Positions 29,014 to 37,906 of a stretch of DNA of 64,000 nucleotides are shown here, piece after piece. The notes beneath the pieces are model-generated. The model ran no database searches, was not told the DNA's origin, and saw only the letters and a program-made list of their open reading frames with translations. Each line of letters starts with the position of its first letter. Position 1 is the stretch's first letter. Made by a program: the position numbers and the translations under genes. Source of the stretch: a virus (lineage: Duplodnaviria; Caudoviricetes); IMG/VR virus record IMGVR_UViG_3300032242_002445, positions 2,197 to 66,196 of that record; one strand, written 5' to 3'.

Positions 29014-30939
29014 ATGGCTGGCTTAGGGGATATCTTAGGTAACATAGCAAAGTTAGCCGGCAAGGCCGCCGTCGACTCAACTATAGGTTCTAAGAACAGG
29101 GCAGCTATCTCTTCGCTGGGTCAAGATATTTTTGGAAGAGGATCCAGTAGTAGCTCGCAGAGGAAGGCACAGTCGACCAACCCGACGTTTAAGTCGGCTG
29201 GCGGAAGCCTGCCTCCCAACGCCTCCCTGTCTCAGATCCTCATGGATACCAATCGCATAGACCGCGATACCCTACAGGCAGTTCGCCTCCAGACGGCGAA
29301 GATGGACGAGATAAACGACACCCTCGACGGTGTAAAGTACGGGATCGAGAATCTCGAGAAGCAAGTTATCAGGAACGAGGAGAGGAGGGCCAGGGCTCAG
29401 TCTGCTGCAAACGCAGCCGCGATGAAGAGCAGTGCCGGCTCGTCCAAGAGTATCCTCGACCTACTGATGGGCGGAGGTGAGGGTCTCCTCGCAGGCCTTG
29501 GTCTCAAGAAAACAGCCAGTGCTTTGAAGGGAAAGAAGCCTAAACTTAAGGCGCCGGAACCGGACGCAAGAAGCAGGCTCATCGAACCTGAACTAGCAGA
29601 CACAGCAATTGCCGAGACGGCAGAGAAAGGTGTAGTCGAGGGAGTCGAGGAAGGTGTTGCGGGAACGATCGCAAAGAAGTCCGCATCACGCGTAGTCGCA
29701 GAGGCTATACCGATTCTCGGGGACGTCCTCATCGGTGCGCTTCACGCGTACGAGTCGGGAAGTGTCGGAGAGGGTATAGCCGCAGGGTTTGGCTCGTTCG
29801 GAGGTAGGATTGTAGGCGCGGCCGGAGGAACACTGGCGGCGGGACCAGCTGGTACAGTGGTCGGGGAGATGGGCGGTGCGATTGTCGGTTCTGAATCGGC
29901 TGCTGCGTTATATCATAACTTATTCAACCGAGCTCCTTCCGCAAGTGGTCAGGTGATCGATAAGTCGAAGCTGATCGACGCCAACTCGTTATCGATAACC
30001 GCGCGCGACATGGTCTTCGAGGCCGAGAAGTTCGACTTCAAGGTTCCCGGATTAAGTGTTGCGAACGGCGGAGGTAACTACGGCGGGGAAGTATCGGACG
30101 ACAGCGTCACGAGAAGTGAGGCCACTACCGGAGGTGCAGGTGGAGTTGGCTCGGGCTTTAGGATCGGTGGTCAGGACACGGTTCCGGGTGATGTAGTAGC
30201 TCAGAGCGCTCCAACTTCTGGAACACTCGTGTCGCAGATGACCAAGGGCGGTGAGGGTGGTGTTGGCTCAGGCTTTAGGGTCGGCGGTCAGGACTTCGCA
30301 GCCGGTGATGTAACAAATTCCAACGCAAAGCTCAACGGTGTCAGCGACGGTGTCAAGAGCTTGTATGAAAAAGTAAGCTCGTCGTTTGGTGGTGCAATAT
30401 CCATCAGCAGCGGAAAGCGAGACGAAGGAAGTAACGCTAGGGCAGGTGGGGCGAAGAACTCAGCTCACCTCAGAGGTAACGCCCTCGACGCACACTTCGC
30501 AGCTGACATCCCGTCTACGCTTAAGTTCATCAAGCTCGCCTCAGAGGCAGGTGCCGGCGGTATCGGTGTCTACAGGCCTGGAAGCGTGCACATCGACGTA
30601 GAGGGTCGTCGTGGCTGGGGTCCGAGCTATCACAAGGAATCAATTCCGGACTGGGCGAAGGACATAATGGACGCTCACATGAGCGGTACCATGTCGTCGT
30701 ACAAGCTCGCTGGAACTGCAGCGACTACAGGTTCGGACATATCTGATAAGTCAAAGACCGTTGCACAGAACGCCGAGAACAACGCTGCCCCTGCTGTGTC
30801 ACCACAACCCAGCGGAGGCGGTGCGTCGTCCGACAGGTCATCGTCAGGTCCATCGATACAGGCAGGAGCGGTTCCGGACGCCAGACCACCGGTGAGCTAT
30901 CGCGAGCTCTACGATCATCACGAAACGGACAGGAGGTAG
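29014..30939 (+). CDS. Tail-associated (hub/tape-measure-like) protein with a peptidase M15 domain
   Basis: SGKR....N...GGAKNSAHLRGNALD...GGIGVY....VHIDV Zn D-Ala-D-Ala peptidase motif; glycine-zipper region. Confidence 0.7.
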   Translation: MAGLGDILGNIAKLAGKAAVDSTIGSKNRAAISSLGQDIFGRGSSSSSQRKAQSTNPTFKSAGGSLPPNASLSQILMDTNRIDRDTLQAVRLQTAKMDEINDTLDGVKYGIENLEKQVIRNEERRARAQSAANAAAMKSSAGSSKSILDLLMGGGEGLLAGLGLKKTASALKGKKPKLKAPEPDARSRLIEPELADTAIAETAEKGVVEGVEEGVAGTIAKKSASRVVAEAIPILGDVLIGALHAYESGSVGEGIAAGFGSFGGRIVGAAGGTLAAGPAGTVVGEMGGAIVGSESAAALYHNLFNRAPSASGQVIDKSKLIDANSLSITARDMVFEAEKFDFKVPGLSVANGGGNYGGEVSDDSVTRSEATTGGAGGVGSGFRIGGQDTVPGDVVAQSAPTSGTLVSQMTKGGEGGVGSGFRVGGQDFAAGDVTNSNAKLNGVSDGVKSLYEKVSSSFGGAISISSGKRDEGSNARAGGAKNSAHLRGNALDAHFAADIPSTLKFIKLASEAGAGGIGVYRPGSVHIDVEGRRGWGPSYHKESIPDWAKDIMDAHMSGTMSSYKLAGTAATTGSDISDKSKTVAQNAENNAAPAVSPQPSGGGASSDRSSSGPSIQAGAVPDARPPVSYRELYDHHETDRR

Positions 30940-30942
30940 TAG

Positions 30943-32736
30943 ATGCCCCCCGTCGGAAACATCCTCTCGAACACGGCTAAGGCCTCAGGTAACGCAGCTC
31001 TTAACGCGATGATAGGTCAGGCCAATGCTGGAAATATAGCCGGCTTCTTCAAGCAGATAATGAAGGACTCATCTGGCAGTGGCGGCTCAGGTCAGCCGCA
31101 GGGTGATCGCGAGACCATGGCAGTCGCAAGGCAGTCTAATGCTGTGGCGCGCGAGACCCTTCAATCGGTGCGTATCAATACCAATAAGTTCTACCAGATG
31201 GGTGACACGCTCGAGGACGTAAGGTTTGGTATCGAGAACATAGCAAAGATCTTCGCACTTCAGGAGTTCAACGCCGCCGGCGAGGCTGCCATGAACAACA
31301 TGAAGGGTGGAGGTGGCCTTGGCCTGATGACGTCCGCCGAGCTTCTCGGCTTGATGAGCGCTCTTGCACTTCCCGTTGCGGGAGGCCTTGCGGCGCACTA
31401 CCTCGACATCGACGAGACGAAGCCGGGAAACAGCGCAGTCGGATCGTGGATAAATGAGAACATCCCGGGTGCGGCGTCGATCGACGACTTCGTCTACAAG
31501 ATGACAGGTGGTGCCGTCGGGACGTCGATGGACGACCCTCGGTACTCGTGGAACAAGGACAAGGCCGAGAAGGCCGGTGCTGACCTGATCGATAAAGATA
31601 CTAAGAAGGATGATACTAAAAACATGGTGAATCGCGCACCGAGCGCGAGCGGTGAGGTAGAGATCCGCGATAAGAAGATCGATATTAAGGAGCTCCTGAG
31701 CTTCAAGGCCACGACCATAACATTCAAGCTCAAGGAGAACGCAGTCGCGCTGTCCGCCGACGAGGCAAATCGCCTCGGCTGGAGCATGAGCAGGTTCACG
31801 AGCAATAAGGACTACTCAAACGCCGTTCCGTCTAGGCAGAACACCGGCAGCCGCTCGACGTTCGGCGGTAGCACCGGTCCGGTCTCACCTAACGGTACGT
31901 CGAGCAGGTACACGAGCGGGAACATCAGCACGGCCAAGGAGGCGGTAGACTTCCTAGTAGGCAAGGGATGGACTCGCGAGCAGGCTGCAGGCATAGTAGG
32001 AAACCTCCAGGCCGAGAGCAACCTCAATGTTGCAGACGTCGGTGACGGAGGGCAGGCCTACGGTATAGCGCAGTGGCATCCGGATCGTCAGGCTAACTTC
32101 AGGAAGTACAAGGGTAAGGACATACGAGGCTCGACTCTCGTAGAGCAGCTCGACTTTCTCAACTGGGAGCTCTCGAATACAGAGAGAGGTGCTGGATTCC
32201 AGCTGAAGGCGGCCAAGACCGCCGAGGAAGCTGCAGTGTACTTCGACAAGTACTTCGAGAGATCCAAGGCATCGATGGGCATCGACATAAACAATCGAAG
32301 CACGTGGGAAAAAGCTAGGAAGAGGATCAACTACGCCAATGCCATAATGGGTGCGGTCAACAAATCGCAGACCGACACCACAAAGGCAACACCCGTAACA
32401 CCTGCTACGCCGAGCATCGGTGCAGCTAAGTCAGACAGTGGTTCAGAGAACGCACAGGCACCGGTACAAGGTCAGACGAGCACACCGTCTCCTACATCGC
32501 AGGTCGTGCGCAATAGGGCAGGTGTTGCAGTAACAGGTCAGGACATATCGGCATCGTCAGTAAAGAGCGATCCGCTCCTCAAGCCTAAACCTACTGTCAC
32601 CACACCTCCGCCGCGTGATCGTCAGGACTCATCGTCGAGCGACAACGTAGTCAAGCCACCGCCGAGTGCCGACAAGACCGAGGTTCAACCTCTCAAGGAT
32701 CTCATGACGGACTACTTCGACTACGGAATGTTCTAA
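30943..32736 (+). CDS. Tail-associated protein with a phage tail lysozyme domain
   Basis: QAAGIVGNLQAESNLN....GDGGQAYGIAQWH..R; QLDFL.WEL; F..YFER. Confidence 0.75.
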   Translation: MPPVGNILSNTAKASGNAALNAMIGQANAGNIAGFFKQIMKDSSGSGGSGQPQGDRETMAVARQSNAVARETLQSVRINTNKFYQMGDTLEDVRFGIENIAKIFALQEFNAAGEAAMNNMKGGGGLGLMTSAELLGLMSALALPVAGGLAAHYLDIDETKPGNSAVGSWINENIPGAASIDDFVYKMTGGAVGTSMDDPRYSWNKDKAEKAGADLIDKDTKKDDTKNMVNRAPSASGEVEIRDKKIDIKELLSFKATTITFKLKENAVALSADEANRLGWSMSRFTSNKDYSNAVPSRQNTGSRSTFGGSTGPVSPNGTSSRYTSGNISTAKEAVDFLVGKGWTREQAAGIVGNLQAESNLNVADVGDGGQAYGIAQWHPDRQANFRKYKGKDIRGSTLVEQLDFLNWELSNTERGAGFQLKAAKTAEEAAVYFDKYFERSKASMGIDINNRSTWEKARKRINYANAIMGAVNKSQTDTTKATPVTPATPSIGAAKSDSGSENAQAPVQGQTSTPSPTSQVVRNRAGVAVTGQDISASSVKSDPLLKPKPTVTTPPPRDRQDSSSSDNVVKPPPSADKTEVQPLKDLMTDYFDYGMF

Positions 32737-32741
32737 AGATT

Positions 32742-32761
32742 GAGGGGGCTTGCGCCCCCTC
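32742..32761. terminator. Likely bidirectional terminator between convergent operons
   Basis: GAGGGGGC-TTGC-GCCCCCTC hairpin between convergent stop codons. Confidence 0.7.
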
Positions 32762-32768
32762 TACCATA

Positions 32769-33686
32769 TCAGCGATTTGCAAGGCTCTCGAAGAACTTGA
32801 GCCCGTCGTCCTCGTCCTCATCGATCTGAGGAGCGGCAGCGGACTTGATCTTGGGAGCAGGTGCCTCGTTCTCGCTCTTCCAAGGAAGCTCGTCGTCCTC
32901 GGCCTTAACAAGGATGACGCGACGATCGTCGCCGCCCTCGCCGAGAACACGTGCGAGCTTTGCAGCGAGCTCCTCGTAGGACTTGAAGTTGCTCGGTGCA
33001 AGGAACTCCTGAAGCGAGTACTCCTTCTTCCAGATTCCCTCGAGCTCCTCGTCGTCCTTAAGGAGTGGAGCAGGCTTTGAGAACTCGGACTTGTCGTAGT
33101 TACGATAGCCCTCGACGTTGCGGATCTTCAACTTGAAGCTCGCACCTGCCCAGAAGTCGAACGGGTTGATCGCCTCCTCGTCCTGGAACTGCGGGTTCAT
33201 GAGCTCGTTGAGCTTGTCGAAGATCTTCTTGCCGTACTTGAAGAGGAACACCTTGCCGTTGTTGGCCGGATTTGCCGGATCCTCGACGACGTAGATGTTG
33301 CTGAGGAAGTGAAGGCGACGCTTCTGCTTGCGTGCGACTTCCTTGTCCGACTCGATACCTGAGTTCCAGAGCTTCGAGTTGTACTCGCCGACGGGATCGT
33401 TCTTACCGATGGTCGTGAGCGAGTTCTCGATGTACCACTGACCTGTAGGTCCTTGGAAGCCGTGATCCCAGATGCGAACGAAGGGCATGTCCTCGCCTTC
33501 AGGCGCAGGAAGGAAGCGGATGACCGCGTAGCCGTTGCCGGCCTTGTCGACCTCCGGTTTCCAGAAGCGATCGTCATCACCTGACTTACGCTCTTGCTGG
33601 TTGGATGCGATCTTGTTAAGATCGGATGCGAGCCGCTCGAGCGAGCTCTTGCCTGAGGTCTTCTTGAGTTGTGCGAATGTAGACAT
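32769..33686 (-). CDS. gp32: Single-stranded DNA-binding protein gp32
   Basis: DDRFWKPEVDKAGNGYAVIRFLPA; WYIENSLTT; KYGKKIFDK; RNYDKSEF; acidic tail. Confidence 0.96.
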   Translation of the reverse strand: MSTFAQLKKTSGKSSLERLASDLNKIASNQQERKSGDDDRFWKPEVDKAGNGYAVIRFLPAPEGEDMPFVRIWDHGFQGPTGQWYIENSLTTIGKNDPVGEYNSKLWNSGIESDKEVARKQKRRLHFLSNIYVVEDPANPANNGKVFLFKYGKKIFDKLNELMNPQFQDEEAINPFDFWAGASFKLKIRNVEGYRNYDKSEFSKPAPLLKDDEELEGIWKKEYSLQEFLAPSNFKSYEELAAKLARVLGEGGDDRRVILVKAEDDELPWKSENEAPAPKIKSAAAPQIDEDEDDGLKFFESLANR

Positions 33687-33754
33687 CGTATCTTATCTCC
33701 GTATGTGCGATGTATTGACGTTGTATAGACTGAGCATTTGTATCGCTCGATCTA

Positions 33755-33783
33755 TATATATCATTCTTGGCTGAACTTGTCAA
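33755..33783 (-). promoter_or_regulatory. Sigma70-type promoter for gp32
   Basis: TTGACA-17 nt-TATATA. Confidence 0.6.
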
Positions 33784-34360
33784 GGATGATCTGCTTGATC
33801 TTACCCTCGTCGAACTTGAGGAAGGTAGAGTACTTGGTGATGATCAGTCTGGTCTCTTGCCAGATAGGGTCGTCCTTCATCATCTTATCCCAGTGCCTGA
33901 CGCACTTGGTCATCGTGACAAGTATGACCAGGGTCTCGATAGACACCTCACCGCGAAGGTACAGCTTCAGGAGGTGAGGGTGATCGTACTCGGAGACCTT
34001 GAAGTTACTGTCGAAGTCGGGCTTGAGCCTCGACAGCTCGTTCTTGAAGTTGTAGGTTAGGGACTCGATCCGCTTGATCCAGTCCTCGTAGACGCGCTGC
34101 GCCTCCTCGTTGTAGGCCATGTCGCGAACCCATACCTTGGGGTTCTTGACCATGTTGGACAGGAGGAAGTTGTGGGCGTCGTTGTGCTTCGCGATCTTGG
34201 CAAAGAAGATCTTGTCGGTCCTCTTGTCGAAGCTGTCGGCGTTGACGCGAACCTTGCCCTTGTACTTTACGTAGTCGTAGTCGACACGTGTAAAGTGCTG
34301 CTTCAAGGCCAGGTAGTCGGTGTAGCACTCGAAAGGTGTCACTCTCTTTCTCGCTATCAT
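33761..34360 (-). CDS. gp59: Helicase loader gp59
   Basis: PFECY..YLALKQHFT..YDY.KY.GK; F.KR.DK.FF.K; HP.LLK.YL.G.VS.ETL; KYS.FL. Confidence 0.88.
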   Translation of the reverse strand: MIARKRVTPFECYTDYLALKQHFTRVDYDYVKYKGKVRVNADSFDKRTDKIFFAKIAKHNDAHNFLLSNMVKNPKVWVRDMAYNEEAQRVYEDWIKRIESLTYNFKNELSRLKPDFDSNFKVSEYDHPHLLKLYLRGEVSIETLVILVTMTKCVRHWDKMMKDDPIWQETRLIITKYSTFLKFDEGKIKQIILDKFSQE

Positions 34361-34593
34361 ATAGGAAGTCTCGCGCCCTTCTTGAGCACGTTGAGGTTCT
34401 CCGCCTCGATCTGTACCTTTGACCGAAGTACCGGATCCCGCTTGATCAGGCTCGCTGCGAACTCGACCTCGCGGTTGTTCTTCTGACACCATAGGACGAC
34501 GGCGTCGATGTAGTCGATGTTCTTGCTCTGAACTAACTTCTCGATCTCGACCGAGAACACCGAGTTGGAATTAACTACGCTGACTACGCTCAC
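34357..34593 (-). CDS. gp33: Late transcription coactivator gp33
   Basis: FS.EIEKLV......YIDAVV.WC..N..EVE....LI...L..K...EAE.LN.LK....LPI. Confidence 0.88.
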   Translation of the reverse strand: MSVVSVVNSNSVFSVEIEKLVQSKNIDYIDAVVLWCQKNNREVEFAASLIKRDPVLRSKVQIEAENLNVLKKGARLPI

Positions 34594-34781
34594 TTGTCTG
34601 ATTCCTCAAAAATAATCTTATAGACGTTTGTTACGATCAACGCAACGTTCACCAGCATCACGAAGATACCAAGGAAGAGCTCGTCCTTGCCGATTAGGAA
34701 CTGCGAGAGGGACGAGAAGATCACGGCAAGGAAGGCTGTCCACAGAGGAACCACATTCATATTATACAACATATTCTCCAA
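34590..34781 (-). CDS. Small membrane protein
   Basis: 63 aa with two hydrophobic segments. Confidence 0.55.
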   Translation of the reverse strand: MENMLYNMNVVPLWTAFLAVIFSSLSQFLIGKDELFLGIFVMLVNVALIVTNVYKIIFEESDK

Positions 34782-34782
34782 T

Positions 34783-34859
34783 TGGTGATCCCTAGTGGAA
34801 TCGAACCACTAACCGCCGGCTTAGAAGGCTGGTGCTCTATCCTGTTGAGCTAAGGGACC
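34783..34859 (-). tRNA. tRNA-Arg (anticodon TCT), CCA encoded
   Basis: Reverse complement GGTCCCTTAGCTCAACAGGATAGAGCACCAGCCTTCTAAGCCGGCGGTTAGTGGTTCGATTCCACTAGGGATCACCA folds as a cloverleaf. Confidence 0.93.
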
Positions 34860-34868
34860 GAGAAGGAA

Positions 34869-34940
34869 GGTGCCGCTGTTTCCGATTCGAACGGTGTTCT
34901 AGTGTTGACCATCTGCGCTTCCCACAGTGCTGTCAGCGGC
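34869..34940 (-). ncRNA. tRNA-like element (perfect acceptor stem and T-loop, poor D and anticodon arms)
   Basis: GCCGCTG...CCGTTCGAATCGG...CAGCGGC-ACC. Confidence 0.5.
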
Positions 34941-34944
34941 GTAA

Positions 34945-34966
34945 ACGGGGCCCTGGTGGGCCCCGT
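34945..34966 (-). terminator. GC-rich hairpin (terminator or processing stem)
   Basis: ACGGGGCCC-ACCA-GGGCCCCGT after the 70-aa ORF. Confidence 0.55.
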
Positions 34967-34977
34967 AGCTTTATCTA

Positions 34978-35190
34978 TTACTTATTATCGACAAACTTCT
35001 TAATTTCTTCAGCAAGATTAATAATATCAGATTTTGTAGGATATTTTAAAGCTGAAATAAGCTGAGTTCTTTCTGTAGAAATTTCTGGATATGAAAACAC
35101 AATCCTTTCCATAGCAGCATGATATTCAGCGTTAAGTTGATCTCTTGCGAAATGAACGAGATTAAATCTTAAATCGTATGGTGTACTCAT
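34978..35190 (-). CDS. AT-rich hypothetical protein (TPY.LR...YP...DII..AE family)
   Basis: 70-aa ORF with AGGAG SD and an ACAC-rich leader. Confidence 0.7.
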   Translation of the reverse strand: MSTPYDLRFNLVHFARDQLNAEYHAAMERIVFSYPEISTERTQLISALKYPTKSDIINLAEEIKKFVDNK

Positions 35191-35226
35191 TTGTAGTCTC
35201 CTTTGGGTGTGTTTGTGTGTTATAAA

Positions 35227-35522
35227 GTGAGCCCGTTCTGTTTCTAGGTGGAGCTCATACCCAATGAGATCAAGCCGCTAGGCGAGCCTCAAATGGAGCG
35301 TTATCATTCGCTGCATTTAGTTTTGCGTACATTGGTCTCGGTTTGCCTTTACTGCACCTGTCGATCCTAGTATTCGCCCCCATCAGAGATATATCGGGTG
35401 TTCGGAGAAACCTATTACACCATATTTGTTCCGACTATGGAGACCGATATATCTCTGGTGGAGGCGGCGGGTACTGCCCCCGCGTCCAGAATGCCTATTC
35501 TGCATTCGTCATCAACCTCCGT
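35227..35522 (-). ncRNA. ssrA: Two-piece (circularly permuted) tmRNA, alphaproteobacterial type; tag (A)ANDNAPFEARLAA
   Basis: Acceptor piece ...GACGCGGGGGCAGTACCCGCCGCCTCCACCA (ends 35456) precedes the coding piece GGGGGCGAA...GGATCGAC (starts 35381); G3.U70 pair; tag ORF at 35314-35270. Outer ends are approximate. Confidence 0.92.
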
Positions 35523-35530
35523 ACATTCTA

Positions 35531-35559
35531 TATATAATCCACTTTGACTTATTTGTCAA
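35531..35559 (-). promoter_or_regulatory. Sigma70-type promoter for tmRNA
   Basis: TTGACA-17 nt-TATATA. Confidence 0.6.
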
Positions 35560-36034
35560 TACCCTTTAGCGTAAAGGTGTGAAGTTCTTTGGTTAGCTTC
35601 TCGATCTTCTTGGTAAGCTTGTTGTTCTCATCGAGCATCTTGACTAAGAGCTCAGTCTGCTCCGAGGCGATCTGCTGCCGCTGGGCCGCCGCCATGGCTA
35701 GGTCCTCGCGGTGTTGGGCATCGGCCTCCGCGTGTGCCTTGTCTCGATCAGCCTGACGGGTCTGTGCGAGGAGGATGAGCGGTGCCGCGTAGGCAGCCTG
35801 TGTCGAGAAGGCTAGGTTGAGGAGGATGAACGGGTAGAGGTCGAAGGTCGCGTACCCGAATATGTTAAGGCACATCCACAGCAGCACGAACAGTGTCTGG
35901 ATGATGAGGAAGATAGGAGTTCCAAAGAATCGTGCGAACTTCTCGGCTACGATCGCAAAGCCGTCGTCACCGAACGGGCTGTGAAGGTGAAGGTGAGGTA
36001 GGTGAAACCTAAAGTGATTTTTATCCTTCATCAT
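35549..36034 (-). CDS. DUF1003-family membrane protein
   Basis: FD.YPFILLNLAFSTQAAYAAPLILLAQTRQADRD. Confidence 0.85.
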   Translation of the reverse strand: MMKDKNHFRFHLPHLHLHSPFGDDGFAIVAEKFARFFGTPIFLIIQTLFVLLWMCLNIFGYATFDLYPFILLNLAFSTQAAYAAPLILLAQTRQADRDKAHAEADAQHREDLAMAAAQRQQIASEQTELLVKMLDENNKLTKKIEKLTKELHTFTLKGIDK

Positions 36035-36035
36035 A

Positions 36036-36362
36036 TTAAGACCGATCTCCTATCGTGATCTGAGATAGCTTCTTCATCTGCTCCTTGTTGACCTCGGAGT
36101 CCTTACCGACGGCGATGATACATGCCTCCTTGTCATCGAACTCAACTGCCATGATTACAGGCTGGTCGTATGAGAACAGGAAGCCGATGTACTTATCGGA
36201 GGTAGGTGACTTTCCCCTGAAGATGAGGTGAAGGCCTGCCTGATCGACGATCTCCTGCATCTGCTGAACAGGAGTGCAGCTGTACTTAATGGGTTGCTCG
36301 TCAGCAAGAGCCGGTGTCGAGACGGCAAGCGCGATTGCCAACAGTAGTTTCTTAATCATCAC
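36036..36362 (-). CDS. Hypothetical exported protein
   Basis: Signal peptide KKLLLAIALAVSTPALA; two Cys. Confidence 0.65.
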   Translation of the reverse strand: MMIKKLLLAIALAVSTPALADEQPIKYSCTPVQQMQEIVDQAGLHLIFRGKSPTSDKYIGFLFSYDQPVIMAVEFDDKEACIIAVGKDSEVNKEQMKKLSQITIGDRS

Positions 36363-36385
36363 AAATATCTCCAGTTAATGTAGAT

Positions 36386-36802
36386 CTACTTATCAACCAC
36401 GAGGGTCGAGCCACTGATGCGAAGCTTGATCGTCTCAGGTATCTTCGACCCGCCTTTTCTCGTGTAGTCCCTACCGCCGTCGATGAAGACACCGCTGTGT
36501 TCTCGATAGTCGTGCCTGTAGCGACTGTAGATGATGTCGCCTGAAGGTGTCACGACACCGTCGAACGGCTCCGTGGCTGAGATCCCATTGGTGATGTAGA
36601 TCTCGCCGTCTTTCCGGTACATTCCAAAGTACTCGGAACCTTCAGGGTGTGGCTGGGCCGTGTAGAAGATGGCGGCGGGATTATATGACCAGCCGCCGTC
36701 CTTGGACTTGAGCTGGGAGTCGCAGACGTACACGGCCTTGTATGTCTCCTCGATCTTCTCGATCGTTTCTTTATTAAAGACAATGGACTCGTTGAGGATC
36801 AT
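36386..36802 (-). CDS. Conserved phage hypothetical protein
   Basis: YSRYRHDY....VFIDGGRDYTR motif. Confidence 0.65.
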   Translation of the reverse strand: MILNESIVFNKETIEKIEETYKAVYVCDSQLKSKDGGWSYNPAAIFYTAQPHPEGSEYFGMYRKDGEIYITNGISATEPFDGVVTPSGDIIYSRYRHDYREHSGVFIDGGRDYTRKGGSKIPETIKLRISGSTLVVDK

Positions 36803-37905
36803 GATATAACCTTAAGTAGGATCGTGTTCTCGTTGATGCGAGGGTTGAACGTATTAGGCTTGAGAGGGTCGAGCACCTTCTTGAGCCCGGCCTTGGTGGC
36901 CTTTGAGACCTGATCGACGATCACCTCGGACTTGCGTCCTGTCTTGTAACCGTGCGATAGCTTCTCGTCGTAGCCGATGATCGACGTACCCTTGACCTTC
37001 AGGCCGCCGCGATCGAGAGCGCGGAAGATCATGATCGTCTTGTACTTCGTGTTGAAGGTCCACAACTCCTGTGCACCGAGGATCTTCTGTGGGTCGACCG
37101 AGGCGAGCTTGAACTCAGCAGAGTCCTTCTGGTACTTGAGTCCCTTTAGCTGCTTCTCGACCGACACAGGTCGAGGCTTGCGAACTGCACGGGTCTTCTT
37201 GGCAACGTTGCCGTAGCGCTCGGCATCCTCGACGATCTTGCCAAAGAAAGCTGCTCGATCACGGAGCCACTTCTTCGTGTACTTCTCATAACCCTCGATC
37301 TTACCCTCCGATGCCTCGATCAACTCATCGCGGATCGGCGAGTAGTAAGCAGAGATCTTGGAGGCGTGCATCGGAGGGATCTGCTTCGACTGCAGCCAAT
37401 CGTACATCGAGAAGTTCTCGCCCTTGTCGATCAGCTCCTCGATGTCCCCGATGATGTCGTCCACCTTATCCTTGATGCGTTGCTGGATCGTCGGGCGAAC
37501 GACTACAGGCTTGTCGTCCTCGTCTTCCTTGTCGTTAGCATGAGCTGCCGCTTCGGTGATGCTCTTGCACACTTTAGTGTATGCATTGAGGTCGAGCTGG
37601 GCGTTGTTGTTGGTTGCCATACGACACACCCAAGCCGAGGTAAGCGGGAGCCACTTATCGGGGATGGAGCCGATCTCCTTAACTCTCGACGTCTCGTTGT
37701 ACCTAGTGAAGTACTCCTTGAGGTACTGTCGTGCGTCGTCCTTGGTACACATCGTGTTGTACCAGTTAAACGCCTTGAGTGTGTCCGAGAGTTTCTTATA
37801 GTCCTTCGGCTCGTCGCCGAGGTACTTAAAGTTCACGAGGTACGCTTCAGATCGCGAGACCTTAGGCTTCTTCTTCGTCTTAATCGAGAGAAGGCTCTTT
37901 GCCAT
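36799..37905 (-). CDS. Conserved T4-like hypothetical protein
   Basis: AFNWYN; SVDP.KILGAQELW.FNTKY; VKGTSI.G.D; RINENTILLKV. Confidence 0.75.
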   Translation of the reverse strand: MAKSLLSIKTKKKPKVSRSEAYLVNFKYLGDEPKDYKKLSDTLKAFNWYNTMCTKDDARQYLKEYFTRYNETSRVKEIGSIPDKWLPLTSAWVCRMATNNNAQLDLNAYTKVCKSITEAAAHANDKEDEDDKPVVVRPTIQQRIKDKVDDIIGDIEELIDKGENFSMYDWLQSKQIPPMHASKISAYYSPIRDELIEASEGKIEGYEKYTKKWLRDRAAFFGKIVEDAERYGNVAKKTRAVRKPRPVSVEKQLKGLKYQKDSAEFKLASVDPQKILGAQELWTFNTKYKTIMIFRALDRGGLKVKGTSIIGYDEKLSHGYKTGRKSEVIVDQVSKATKAGLKKVLDPLKPNTFNPRINENTILLKVIS

Positions 37906-37906
37906 G

